A DNA stretch of 11,726 nucleotides, from NCBI GenBank assembly GCA_038245785.1, contig JBBRSB010000054.1, positions 1 to 11,726 on the forward strand, read 5' to 3'. The DNA comes from Gloeobacterales cyanobacterium. Its GTDB lineage: Bacteria; Cyanobacteriota; Cyanobacteriia; Gloeobacterales; PMM-0068. The notes beneath the pieces are model-generated. The model ran no database searches. It saw only the letters and a list, made by a program, of their open reading frames with translations, and had not been told where the DNA came from. Made by a program: the position numbers and the translations under genes. Positions 1 to 9,100 of this stretch are shown here, one piece after another. Every line of letters begins with the position of its first letter. Positions within the stretch are counted from its first letter, which is position 1.

Positions 1-1454
1 ATAGAACGCCCAAGCTGAATATGGGGTTCATCGGATTCCACAGGGATAATCTGGGCCGTATTGCCTAATTTAAAGCTATCAATCACTAAATTAGCGGCTT
101 CTAAGCCTGTGACATAGGCCTTTTCCTGAGACCAGGAACCATGACGATTTATAATCCAATCTCCACTCATATAGATCTGCTTAATTCCTGTTTTGGCGGT
201 GAGCAGATAGGGATAGCTGCCTGGAGCAAAGTGGGTCACGGCTTGCGGTAAACGAACCACGCCATAGTCTGTGACTTTTGCCTTTTGAAAATCAGGAATA
301 CAGGTAGCCAAATAACCCTGGACTCTTTCGACAATCTGTTCATCGCTAAGGGGCAAAAACTGATTGCCATGATAGAAATCAGCTTCGATCACGGTGCCCG
401 GTTCATTTCGATATTCATCGTGAAGGGCATTGAGATCAAAGAAGGTCCATCCTGTTGTTCGGTCAAAGCCAAAGCAGGCATTGGAGGCCCGAGGAACATC
501 GATTTTACGGTCAAACCATAAACGGGTAGCCAGCACATCTACGGCTCCCAAATTCTGGACATTCTGGAATTCTTGATGCTGTTGCAGCGTGGGGCTCTGG
601 GCAATGATCTTTTTCATACCCGTGATGCCGACGGAGAAAATCACCGCATCGGTTTCAATCACGTCATCATTGCCGATTACTCCTGTTACTTGTCCAGCCT
701 CATCGACGAGTACGTCACGGACACGACATTGAGTACGGACTTTCCCACCCAGTTTCTCAATCTGTTCTACCCAAGGCCGAAAGATCATCTCGCCGACGGT
801 CCCTCGACACCAAACCACATCAAAATCCGCTTGGTGGGCGAGGATAAAGTAGTACAACATGCCCAGGGCAGCGGCAGCGGAGCACTGCTCACCGGGTGCG
901 AATAAGCCGACGAGCAGCATCGGTTCGAAGGACTCGCGATAGAGGCGGGCCGAGACGCCAAACTGCTTGAAGAGTTCACGGGCGGTTACAGAGTCATAGC
1001 GTCGCCAGGCTTCATCAGAGTTATCAAAATCTAAGAGGGCATAGAGCAAGGGGAGGGCCGAGAGTCGGTCCACTAAAGGCAATCGCTTAAATTGGGTATA
1101 GAGAAACGTTCCTATGGGCGTGGGCAGTTTGGGCAGGTCCTGAAAAATTGGGGATTCGACTTCTAATCCCTGGGGAGAATATTGGGCAGAGCGAGTCCAA
1201 GGGGTAAACGGCTGAAGGCCAAGTTCTTCAATCAAGGCAAAAATATTTCGGTAGGGGTACCAAAACCCGTGAATACCCGCCTCGATCGAACGCCCGCCAG
1301 GAGTTTTCCAGCCAGCCACCAAACCACCGGGATAGGCTCCTGCTTCAAGAAGAGTTACGTCATAGCCCTGTTTGAGCAGATGATAGGTGGCCCCTAAGCC
1401 CGCCCAACCAGCACCAACGACCACAACCCTTGGCTTTTTCGCTTCCTCCGACAT
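1..1454 (-). CDS. FAD-dependent oxidoreductase, amine-oxidase/carotene-desaturase/HpnE-like family (COG3349-type); 3' end lies outside the window
   Basis: Manual translation from ATG at 1454 gives an open frame of 484 codons to the window edge: MSEEAKKPRVVVVGAGWAGLGATYHLLKQGYDVTLLEAGAYPGGLVAGW...IEAGIHGFWYPY...MSGDWIINRHGSWSQEKAYVTGLEAAN. It has the Rossmann GxGxxG, the 'GG' motif and the C-terminal GD...E.A..TG..AA FAD motif. Not in the ORF track because its stop is outside the window. Confidence 0.9.
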   Translation of the reverse strand, partial: MSEEAKKPRVVVVGAGWAGLGATYHLLKQGYDVTLLEAGAYPGGLVAGWKTPGGRSIEAGIHGFWYPYRNIFALIEELGLQPFTPWTRSAQYSPQGLEVESPIFQDLPKLPTPIGTFLYTQFKRLPLVDRLSALPLLYALLDFDNSDEAWRRYDSVTARELFKQFGVSARLYRESFEPMLLVGLFAPGEQCSAAAALGMLYYFILAHQADFDVVWCRGTVGEMIFRPWVEQIEKLGGKVRTQCRVRDVLVDEAGQVTGVIGNDDVIETDAVIFSVGITGMKKIIAQSPTLQQHQEFQNVQNLGAVDVLATRLWFDRKIDVPRASNACFGFDRTTGWTFFDLNALHDEYRNEPGTVIEADFYHGNQFLPLSDEQIVERVQGYLATCIPDFQKAKVTDYGVVRLPQAVTHFAPGSYPYLLTAKTGIKQIYMSGDWIINRHGSWSQEKAYVTGLEAANLVIDSFKLGNTAQIIPVESDEPHIQLGRS

Positions 1455-1616
1455 CCCACACCTCTAGGTTCTTATTCCAGGATGCTATGTCATTGAACTC
1501 TGGCGTCAGGAAATTGCTAAAACCTGTTAGCCATCTTGCTTGTATTGACTAAAGTTGAGTTAAGGACTAGTTTGATGCCTCACCTGCTCGAAGCCAACAA
1601 TCAACCCCACAGAGCT

Positions 1617-1625
1617 TGATAGAAT
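1617..1625 (+). promoter_or_regulatory. Putative extended -10 promoter (TGaTAGAAT) for the 1656 ORF
   Basis: tgatagaat lies 30 nt upstream of the ATG at 1656, with a GAGGGAG RBS-like sequence in between. Confidence 0.35.
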
Positions 1626-1655
1626 TAAGGTTAGAAATGCTGAGGGAGATGACAG

Positions 1656-1931
1656 ATGGCAGAAACTGCTAGCCTTGAACAAACTCTGCTTGAGACATTG
1701 CGCTCGCTGCCTCAAGCCCAGCAGGAAGCTGTTCTTAGCTTTGCCCGTTCCCTTCGAGTAACCTCTACCGAGCAGCCCTTGACTTTGTCCTTGCAGCAAA
1801 TTGCTAAACTTTCGATTACTGAACGTCATAAACTTCTTGCTGCTTACATTCCTGGCACCGCTCAAGATTTTCTGACCGACCCTGAACTCACCAAATTTTC
1901 CATCCTCGATACTGAGGACTGGGAAGATTAA
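1656..1931 (+). CDS. Small DUF2281-like protein, probable type II antitoxin
   Basis: 91 aa with an RBS-like GAGGGAG. The N-terminal 'LLETLRSLPQAQQEAVLSFARSL' is a DUF2281-like helix pair, and the acidic tail 'DFLTDPELTKFSILDTEDWED' is typical of antitoxins placed before PemK/MazF toxins. Confidence 0.7.
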   Translation: MAETASLEQTLLETLRSLPQAQQEAVLSFARSLRVTSTEQPLTLSLQQIAKLSITERHKLLAAYIPGTAQDFLTDPELTKFSILDTEDWED

Positions 1932-1933
1932 CC

Positions 1934-1951
1934 ATGTCTACCCCCAAGCGC
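1934..1951 (+). pseudogene. Possible 5' stub of a PemK/MazF-family toxin (MSTPKR)
   Basis: ATG 2 nt after the antitoxin stop reads MSTPKR, like the MxxPKRG(E/D)IW start of PemK/MazF toxins. The frame then diverges and runs antisense into upp. Only 6 codons support this. Confidence 0.35.
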
Positions 1952-1986
1952 TACAACTTCTCGTTCCATAGTTGCATCCTACGCAG

Positions 1987-2640
1987 TCATGTTCCAAAAG
2001 CCCGGTCTCCAGCATCGCCCAAACCTGGAACTATATATCCCTGGTCATTCAGCTTTTCATCAATCATGGCACTATAGATCACTAAGCCCGGATAGCGTTG
2101 ACTGAGGGCTTGCAGGGCTGGGGGGGCGCAAATGACTGAAATGATGCGGATGTTTTCTTGGACAGCACCCCGTTCCAAGATTTTTTCCATCACGGCGACA
2201 CTAGTCCCACCCGTTGCCAGCATCGGTTCTAGAATCAGCACTCTCGTTTCCGGCTCAAAGGCTTTCGGTAAACGGTCTAAATAGCAATCAGCGAGTAAGG
2301 TTTCTTCATTACGGGCATAGCCCAAGTGATGAATGGTAGCCCCAGGCAACATTGGCAAAATTCCATCCAGCAGCGCCAGTCCCGCTCTGAGCACAGGCAC
2401 TACAGCCACAGGCACACGACTATCAATAATCGTAGCGGGAGCTACCATTTCTAGCGGCGTATACACTCCCACTTCTAAGGTCGGCAGAAAATCACGCAGG
2501 GCCTCATAGGCCAGCCAGCGGCCCAAATCGGCTACGGCAGAGCGGAAAACGGGAGTGGGTGTATTTTTGTCGCGGCAGGCCGCTAAGAGTTGATTGATAA
2601 AAGGATGGGGAGGGACATGGATCCGCATCTGGAGGGCCAT
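1987..2640 (-). CDS. upp: Uracil phosphoribosyltransferase
   Basis: 217 aa with UPRTase motifs 'VPVLRAGL', the PRPP loop 'ILEPMLATGGT' and 'GYIVPGLGDAGDRAFGT'. The N-terminal 'MALQMRIHVPPHP' is cyanobacterial-type. Confidence 0.97.
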   Translation of the reverse strand: MALQMRIHVPPHPFINQLLAACRDKNTPTPVFRSAVADLGRWLAYEALRDFLPTLEVGVYTPLEMVAPATIIDSRVPVAVVPVLRAGLALLDGILPMLPGATIHHLGYARNEETLLADCYLDRLPKAFEPETRVLILEPMLATGGTSVAVMEKILERGAVQENIRIISVICAPPALQALSQRYPGLVIYSAMIDEKLNDQGYIVPGLGDAGDRAFGT

Positions 2641-2821
2641 TAGTTTTTCTCCCTCTGGTCATCGACCACAGGAAGCGTATCCCTTCTTAGTAATTCCTGG
2701 CTTAAAAGACCTAGTTTGGCTAACCCCTGCTGGCCTTGCTTGGCAGCACCCAAGCTCACCAACGTGCCCAGGGCTAGAAAGCCAATCAGCGTTTCAATTG
2801 TCTTGCGGTCCACGGTCTACC

Positions 2822-3445
2822 TCATAACAGGGCATAGGAGAGTGCTTCTTTGGCATCTTCTCGGTCAAATTGACTAAGCGCTAGCTGAGCATCTTGTTGA
2901 ACGGACAGATCTTCATCGTCCAGTCGTTCGATCATCGGTTCAATCGCCCTCGGGTCTCCCAATTTGCCCAAGGCCCAGCAAACATTGGCGCGTACTGCAG
3001 GCACTGGGTCTTCCAATGCTTCTAGCAGTATAGGGACCGCTTCCAAACTACCCAGGGTGCCTAAGGCTCCTGCCGACCATAGCCGAACGGCTGCGATATC
3101 TTTGCGCAAAGCTTCCATCAAAACAGGCAGGGCTCGTACATCCTGGCAGTTACCCAAAGCCCAGACCACACCCTTGCGTACATAGCCGCTCCAATCATCC
3201 ATTTGTTGAATCAAGGCTTCGACGACGGATGGATCGTGATTGCGGCCTAGAGCATAGGCGGCGCTAACCCGGATCAGGGTGCAATCATCCCGTAACAGTT
3301 CTAGTAAGCGCTCAATAGCTCTGGGCTCTTCAATCTCAGCAAAAAGTCGGGTGGCATGCATACGCCGCAAAGGTTCCTCGGCTTCTAGGTCCGCAAGCAG
3401 TTGTTCGATGTTCGGTTGTTCAGGTGGTTCCGAGGAAACATTCAT
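2822..3445 (-). CDS. HEAT-repeat (PBS lyase/NblB-like) protein
   Basis: 207 aa with tandem ~31-aa HEAT-PBS repeats (IRVSAAYALG, VRKGVVWALG, VRLWSAGALG, VRANVCWALG). 'DWSGYVRKGVVWALGNC' matches a conserved cyanobacterial HEAT family. Confidence 0.9.
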   Translation of the reverse strand: MNVSSEPPEQPNIEQLLADLEAEEPLRRMHATRLFAEIEEPRAIERLLELLRDDCTLIRVSAAYALGRNHDPSVVEALIQQMDDWSGYVRKGVVWALGNCQDVRALPVLMEALRKDIAAVRLWSAGALGTLGSLEAVPILLEALEDPVPAVRANVCWALGKLGDPRAIEPMIERLDDEDLSVQQDAQLALSQFDREDAKEALSYALL

Positions 3446-3653
3446 AAAATCTATTGTGACATTCCTACGGCATCCTTCCCATACTCAATCGTGCGTGTTG
3501 TCAAAATCCATCTTCAATCCCCGAGGGACTGCTCCACAGGATGCAAAAAAATAAGAACCACTCCAAAATACAGGCTTGTAGAGGGGCATTCACTCACCCT
3601 GTTCCTGAAAGACACGACCTGCAATGATGGTCCGTTAATGTCCGAGTTTTTGA

Positions 3654-3744
3654 ATGAGACTACCTAGAGATACGGTTATTGCCCCTTCAAAACTGATCAA
3701 TTATCTGCTTCACTACGCTGTATCCAAATAAGGAGGGTACGTGA
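3654..3744 (+). pseudogene. Internally deleted DUF6883-like gene (usual upstream partner of DUF4926)
   Basis: ATG 3654 reads MRLPRDTVIAPSKLINYLL (DUF6883-like N-terminus). In the +1 frame, 3709..3744 reads FTTLYPNKEGT-stop (DUF6883-like C-terminus), and its TGA (3742-3744) overlaps the ATG (3744) of the DUF4926 gene. Confidence 0.65.
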
Positions 3745-3989
3745 TGACCTTTGAACTGTTTAGTCGTGTGGCCTTACGGGAAGATTTTCCCAAGCATAAG
3801 CTCCAGAAAGGTGATGTGGCCACCGTTGTAGAACATCATCCTGGGAAGGCTGGGGAAGACGGCTATAGCCTTGAAGTTTTTAATGCAGTCGGTGAGACGA
3901 TTGCTGTTTTGGTCGTATCAAAAGCACAAATAGAGCCTTTGCTCAACAATGAAGTAATGCACATTAGAGTCTTAGATGAAGCGGTGTGA
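3744..3989 (+). CDS. DUF4926 domain protein (putative antitoxin/immunity partner)
   Basis: MTFELFSRVALREDFPKHKLQKGDVATVVEHH...GYSLEVFNAVGETIAV is a recognisable DUF4926 pattern. An AGGAGG RBS at 3731-3736 favours ATG 3744 over GTG 3741. Confidence 0.85.
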   Translation: MTFELFSRVALREDFPKHKLQKGDVATVVEHHPGKAGEDGYSLEVFNAVGETIAVLVVSKAQIEPLLNNEVMHIRVLDEAV

Positions 3990-4027
3990 CACTTTAACCG
4001 CCCTAGAGCCTTCATAATCTCCTGACG

Positions 4028-5041
4028 ATGCGGCACATTAAAAAACCGCCAATTCATTCTTTAATGGACAGCATGAATACTACTCCCCTCAAGGATGATT
4101 CTGAGACCGAGCAGAGCATCGGCACACGCCAATCTGCCCCTCTGCTAGAGGAATTTTTGAGCTATTTAGCCGTTGAACGAAATTTTTCTGCGCACACCCA
4201 GCAGGCCTACCGCCGAGACCTGGAACAGTTTATAAAACAGCTGCACCTGGCTTCTGTCCTAGAAGTAGACGCGCGCGAAGTACGAGGCTATCTTGCCAAC
4301 CTCGCCCGCCAAAGCTACAAAATCAGCACCCGCAATCGGAAGATGGCCGCCTTACGCTCTTTTTATCGCTTCTTAGTCCGGGAAGAGTACCGGATCAGCA
4401 ATCCGACGGAAGAATTGCACGGGCCAAAGAAAGGTCGGACTTTGCCCAAAGTTCTAGACCAAACCCAAACCCAACGGTTACTGAGCGCTCTGACAGGAGA
4501 TGACCCAATCACTCTCAGAGACCGAGCTTGGGCTCATACCCTTTATGCCACAGGACTTCGGATATCAGAACTAATCGGAATTGACCTCGACAAGCTCAAC
4601 CTCAAACAGGGAGAAGTGCGCGTCGTTGGCAAAGGCAACAAAGAACGGATTGCCCTGATCGATGGTCCAGCGATGCAAGCTCTAGAAACCTATCTCTGGA
4701 TCGGTCGGCCTGAACTCGCCAGAGGCCCCAAAGAACAGGCCCTTTTCCTCAATGCCAAAGATGGAAAACGACTCTCTGCCCGTGCCCTCCAGCAAAGGCT
4801 CCAGACCTTGAGCCAAGAAGTCTTGGGCTTTAGTATCTCTCCCCATACCCTGCGTCATAGTTTTGCCACCCATCTCTTAGAAGGCGGCGCAGACCTGAGG
4901 GTCGTTCAAGAACTTTTGGGCCATAGCACCATCGCTACTACCCAGGTGTACACCCATCTTTCACCCCAGCGACTACGCAAGGTCTATGAACTAGCGCATC
5001 CTAGAGCCAAACGCGGTACCATAGGGGGCGCGGGTAGCTGA
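4028..5041 (+). CDS. xerC: Tyrosine recombinase XerC/XerD (true start may be a later ATG, at MDS or MNT)
   Basis: SAM-like N-domain 'FLSYLAVERNFSAHTQQAYRRDL' plus the full catalytic set: LYATGLRISEL (R), GKGNKER (K), HTLRHSFATH (HxxR), LLGH (H), TQVYTH (Y). XerC versus XerD cannot be resolved by eye. Confidence 0.9.
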   Translation: MRHIKKPPIHSLMDSMNTTPLKDDSETEQSIGTRQSAPLLEEFLSYLAVERNFSAHTQQAYRRDLEQFIKQLHLASVLEVDAREVRGYLANLARQSYKISTRNRKMAALRSFYRFLVREEYRISNPTEELHGPKKGRTLPKVLDQTQTQRLLSALTGDDPITLRDRAWAHTLYATGLRISELIGIDLDKLNLKQGEVRVVGKGNKERIALIDGPAMQALETYLWIGRPELARGPKEQALFLNAKDGKRLSARALQQRLQTLSQEVLGFSISPHTLRHSFATHLLEGGADLRVVQELLGHSTIATTQVYTHLSPQRLRKVYELAHPRAKRGTIGGAGS

Positions 5042-5074
5042 CCTATAGCTCCCAGACTTAGCTTCAAGGAGCAT

Positions 5075-6010
5075 GTGGTGTCCACTGCAATACGCATCGG
5101 TTCACGAGATTCTCAATTGGCCCTCGTTCAGTCCCACTGGGTCCGGGGAGAACTTCAGAAAATTTATCCCGACTACGAATTCCCCTTGCTGGAACTGAAA
5201 ACGCAGGGGGATAAAATTCTAGACGTTGCCCTCGCCAAAATCGGCGATAAAGGCTTATTTACCAAGGAATTAGAAGTCAGCATGCTGGAAGGCACGACTG
5301 ACTTTGCGGTCCACTCGCTCAAAGACCTGCCGACCGAATTACCAGAAGGACTGATCCTGGCCGTCATCACAGAACGGGAAAATCCTGCGGATGCTCTGGT
5401 CCTGCATAGTAAGCACAAAGGGCAAACCTTAGCCACCTTGCCAGAGGGGACCGTGCTCGGCACTTCCTCCCTCCGGCGGCTGGCCCAACTGCGCTATCAC
5501 TACCCGCATTTGGTCTTCAAAGATATTCGTGGCAACCTCAACACCCGCCTGCGCAAGCTGGATGCTGGCGAATTTGATGGTATTGTTCTGGCGGTCGCAG
5601 GCTTACACCGCCTAGGCTGGGCCGACCGGATCGACCAGGTGATTCCCCGTGATATTTCACTGCATGCCGTTGGTCAAGGAGCCTTAGGCATCGAATGTCG
5701 GGCCGCAGACCAAAGTGTAATTAAACTCTTGCAGGCCCTCAATCATCGCCCAACAGAAGTACGCTGTCGTGCTGAAAGGGCGATGCTTCGAACTTTGGAG
5801 GGCGGTTGTCAGGTACCGATTGGAGTCTTTACTTCTTTAGAGGGTGAAACGCTGACCCTTGAAGGGATGGTCGCCAGTTTGGACGGAAAGACTTTAATTC
5901 GTGATACCAAACAAGGTCTAGCATCAGAGCCAGAAGCTTTGGGCCAAGCGCTTGCTCAGGCGCTCAAGGACCAAGGAGCCGATGAAATTTTGGCCAATAT
6001 CCGACTCTAG
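5075..6010 (+). CDS. hemC: Hydroxymethylbilane synthase (porphobilinogen deaminase)
   Basis: Motifs '[12 protein letters not shown]', '[11 protein letters not shown]', 'AVHSLKDLP', 'GTSSLRR', 'IRGNLNTRL' and the cofactor-attachment '[10 protein letters not shown]'. RBS AAGGAG at 5066-5071; the start is GTG 5075 or 5078. Confidence 0.98.
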   Translation: MVSTAIRIGSRDSQLALVQSHWVRGELQKIYPDYEFPLLELKTQGDKILDVALAKIGDKGLFTKELEVSMLEGTTDFAVHSLKDLPTELPEGLILAVITERENPADALVLHSKHKGQTLATLPEGTVLGTSSLRRLAQLRYHYPHLVFKDIRGNLNTRLRKLDAGEFDGIVLAVAGLHRLGWADRIDQVIPRDISLHAVGQGALGIECRAADQSVIKLLQALNHRPTEVRCRAERAMLRTLEGGCQVPIGVFTSLEGETLTLEGMVASLDGKTLIRDTKQGLASEPEALGQALAQALKDQGADEILANIRL

Positions 6011-6065
6011 TCTCATCTCGACTTAAGCTGTACATAATAAACATAGGTGTGGCCCTACAGGAGCA

Positions 6066-6116
6066 TGAGAACGTAGGCACTGCGTTCTTCCTTGGTACGT
6101 CTTTGAGAACGTACTA
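6066..6116 (+). promoter_or_regulatory. Structured leader/intergenic element: two hairpins sharing a 10-nt direct repeat
   Basis: TGAGAACGTA occurs at 6066-6075 and 6104-6113. Hairpin 1 is GAGAACGTA-ggcac-TGCGTTCTT (6067-6089). Hairpin 2 is GTACGT-ctttgaga-ACGTAC (6095-6114). Confidence 0.4.
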
Positions 6117-6119
6117 TCT

Positions 6120-9100
6120 GTGCCCCTGAAGGGTGGTAGCGTATTAAATATGATTGAGCTCCACTCTCTTTTCCCGACTCAGGCCCAAGCTAGGCGATGG
6201 CTGCGGCTCATGGCCACTTCCCGTTTTATGGATAAGAAAGAAGAGAGCCTGATTCACCAGGGGAAGGCAGTTTTCCAGCTATCTAGTGCCGGCCACGAGT
6301 CGCTCGCTGTCCTAGCAGACTTGCTTACCTCAGAAGATTGGGTTTTTCCTCATTACCGAGACCGTCCTTTATTGCTGGCACGTGGCGTTACCCCGGTCGA
6401 CCTTTTTTGTGATTTATTTGCAAAGGCCGATAGTGGCTCTGGCGGTAGACAAATGCCGTCTCATTTTTCGAATAAAGCCCACCGGGTAGTTTCTTTTTCT
6501 AGCCCTGTCGGTTCTGGAGTTTCCCACGGCATCGGGGTAGCCTTGAACCTCAAGCAAACGACGAAGCAGGATGCTGTTCTGGTGATGGTGGGCGATGCTT
6601 CGACCCAAGAGGGTGAAGTCTATGAATCGCTTGCTTATCTGGGGATAAATCCAGTTCCGCTAGTGCTATGCGTTGAAGACAACGGCTATGGCATTTCTAC
6701 AGCTACTCGGGGCAAAACTTTTTGGACGATTGGCAAGGGCGAGGAAGCAACAGAGTTTTTGGGGACCCCGATTATTCGGGTAGATGGTTCTGATCCCTGG
6801 GCTGTCTATCTCGCTGGTCAAGATGCCTTCCAACGAGCCCGCCAGGAGCGAAAGCCAACCATCCTAGTAGTGAAGATAGAACGACTGGCTAGCCATACCA
6901 GTTCTGATGACCAAGGGGTGTACCGTTCTCAAGAAGAATTACTTCAGGCTACGCAGAAAGACCCGCTAGCCGTTTTTTCTCGGTTTTGCCTGGAGCAAAA
7001 TCTAATCGATCAAACAGCATGGCAAGCGATACAAACTGAAGTCCAAAAAGAACTGGAGGAAGCGGCGATTTTCGCAGAAGCTCTTCCAGAACCAGACCCT
7101 GCACGAGAAACGGACATTTTCCCTCCGCAAAAACCACCTTTGTCTCTGGAACTCAAACCGCTTCTACACAAGATGGCAAGCGTGGAGGGAAATAAAGCAG
7201 ATTCAGCAATCGATGCAGACAGCATTACCCTGCGTAGAGCTTTAAACAATACCCTGCACTATCTGCTAGAGACGGACCCCAGAGTATATCTTTTTGGTCA
7301 AGATATTGAAGACCCGAAGGGAGATGTCTTTGGCGTAACCAAGGGCCTAAGCACCAATTTTCCGGGTAGGGTCGAGAATAGTCCCTTAGCAGAAGCAACG
7401 ATTCTCGGAACAGGCATCGGTCGTGCCCTGGCTGGAGAGCGCCCGATTTGCTTTTTGCAATTTATTGACTTCATGGGACCGGGCCTCAACCAAATTATTT
7501 CTGAACTGAGTACGCTCTACTGGCGCTCGAAAGGGGAATGGCAAGCGCCCCTCCTGATTTTGGCCCCTGTGGGAGCTTATCGGGCGGGAATGGGACCGTG
7601 GCATAGTCAAACGGGAGAAGGCACACTCGGTCATATTCCTGGTATTGACGTCGTTATGCCCGCTCATCCGGAAGATGCCGTCGAAACGCTGCTCCAAGCT
7701 TTCCACAGCGACCGACCGACCGTTTATCTCTATCCCAAGATTTTGCTCAACCGCCGCTATCCCTTAGCCGATTTAGCGGGTACTTCTGCTAGAGACCATC
7801 GGCTGCACCGAGCAGGCAAAGATCTTACCTTAGTCGGTTGGGGCGGGACCGTAGATTTGTGTAAGGAAGCCGCTAACCGTCTACAAGAGCAGCAGGTAGA
7901 TACCGAAGTTCTGGAAATCACCTCTCTCAGTCCCTTGCCGATGGCCTTACTTTCTGAACGGGCACGGCGCACAGGAAGAATGGTGGTGGTCCATGAAGAT
8001 AACCGAACGGCCGGATTGGGTGCTGAAATTTTGGCAGAACTCCATGAACAGCTAGGTTCTGCTTTTCAAGGTGCCCGCGTGACCCGTAGCGATACGCATA
8101 TTGCTTACAACATGGAAGCGCAACTAGCGCAACTGCCTTCTGTTGAAAAAATTGTGGCAGCGGCCCAAAAACTGTTGGGCCGCACCGTCTATGAGCAAGC
8201 TCCAGCCCAAGTTATGGAGTCAAAGCCTGCGGCCCCAGTAGCGACTATCGCCAATACCGTCACCCTTAAAAGTCAGAGCGATGACCGAATCGCCATCGTA
8301 GTGCCAAGGGTGGCTCCTACAGATGAAGCCGCCACCTTGCTCAACTGGGTAGTAGCTTTGGGCGAAAAGGTGGAAGAGGGGCAGCATATTGCTGACCTGC
8401 AGGGAGACAAAGCCCTTTTTGAACTGGAAGCTACCTGTGATGGCTATGTGGCAGAGCTATTGGCCTCGCCTGGTCAAGATATTTATGTGGGCGATACAGT
8501 TGCTTACTTGAGCACGTCTGAGCCCCAGGTCCTCGTCAATCCCGCTCAGCCTATAGTCCCTGAACCCGTAGTGGTAATTGCACCAGAGACTCCAAATCAA
8601 ACACTCGTCCCATCCCTCGTCTCCATTGCCGCCTATCTCCCCGATGGGGTTATCACCAACCGTGAGTTGTCAGAGCGTTTAGGGGGCGTGATTACAGAAG
8701 AATGGATTGAACAGCGCACCGGTATTCTGGAACGTCGTCTGGCCCCTAGTCACATCGATACCTCCGATATGGGACTGTGGGCAGCCGAGCGAGCCCTCGA
8801 CCAAATAGGCATGAAAGCTCAAGACCTGGACATGATTCTCGTCTCCACGACTTCAGCAGATGGAGTAATTCCCTCTGTTGCCTGTCGTCTGAAACAGGGA
8901 TTAGACAGTGCCCATTGTCCGGCTTTTGACCTGAGTGCCGCCTGCTCTGGATTTATCTATGGCCTCTCGGTAGTCCAGCAATATCTAAAGGTCAATCCTG
9001 ACCAGCGGATTTTGCTGGTGACGGCGGAGAAGATGAGCAAAGTGATCAATCCGCTAGACCCTGATACGGCAATTATCTTTGGAGATGGAGCTGTTGCTTG

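Noticed and set aside
285..1397. Track ORFs 285..521, 573..905, 785..979 and 1182..1397
   Set aside because: All overlap the long minus-strand FAD oxidoreductase frame and show no recognisable motifs; shadow ORFs.
1560..3667. Track ORFs 1560..1865, 2594..2827, 2964..3185, 3279..3554 and 3401..3667
   Set aside because: Antisense to or overlapping better-supported genes, with low-information Ser/Arg-rich translations.
4028..5041. Tyrosine recombinase as the integron integrase for the attC site, or as a prophage integrase
   Set aside because: It lacks the IntI-specific insertion before the HxxR region, looks like ordinary XerC/D, and lies 33 nt from hemC and ~5 kb from the attC. No phage genes or att repeats are visible.
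6011..6149. TPP riboswitch upstream of a ThDP-dependent enzyme
   Set aside because: TGAGA is present, but the rest of the THI-box consensus (CTGAGA...ACCTGA...AGGGA context) is not.
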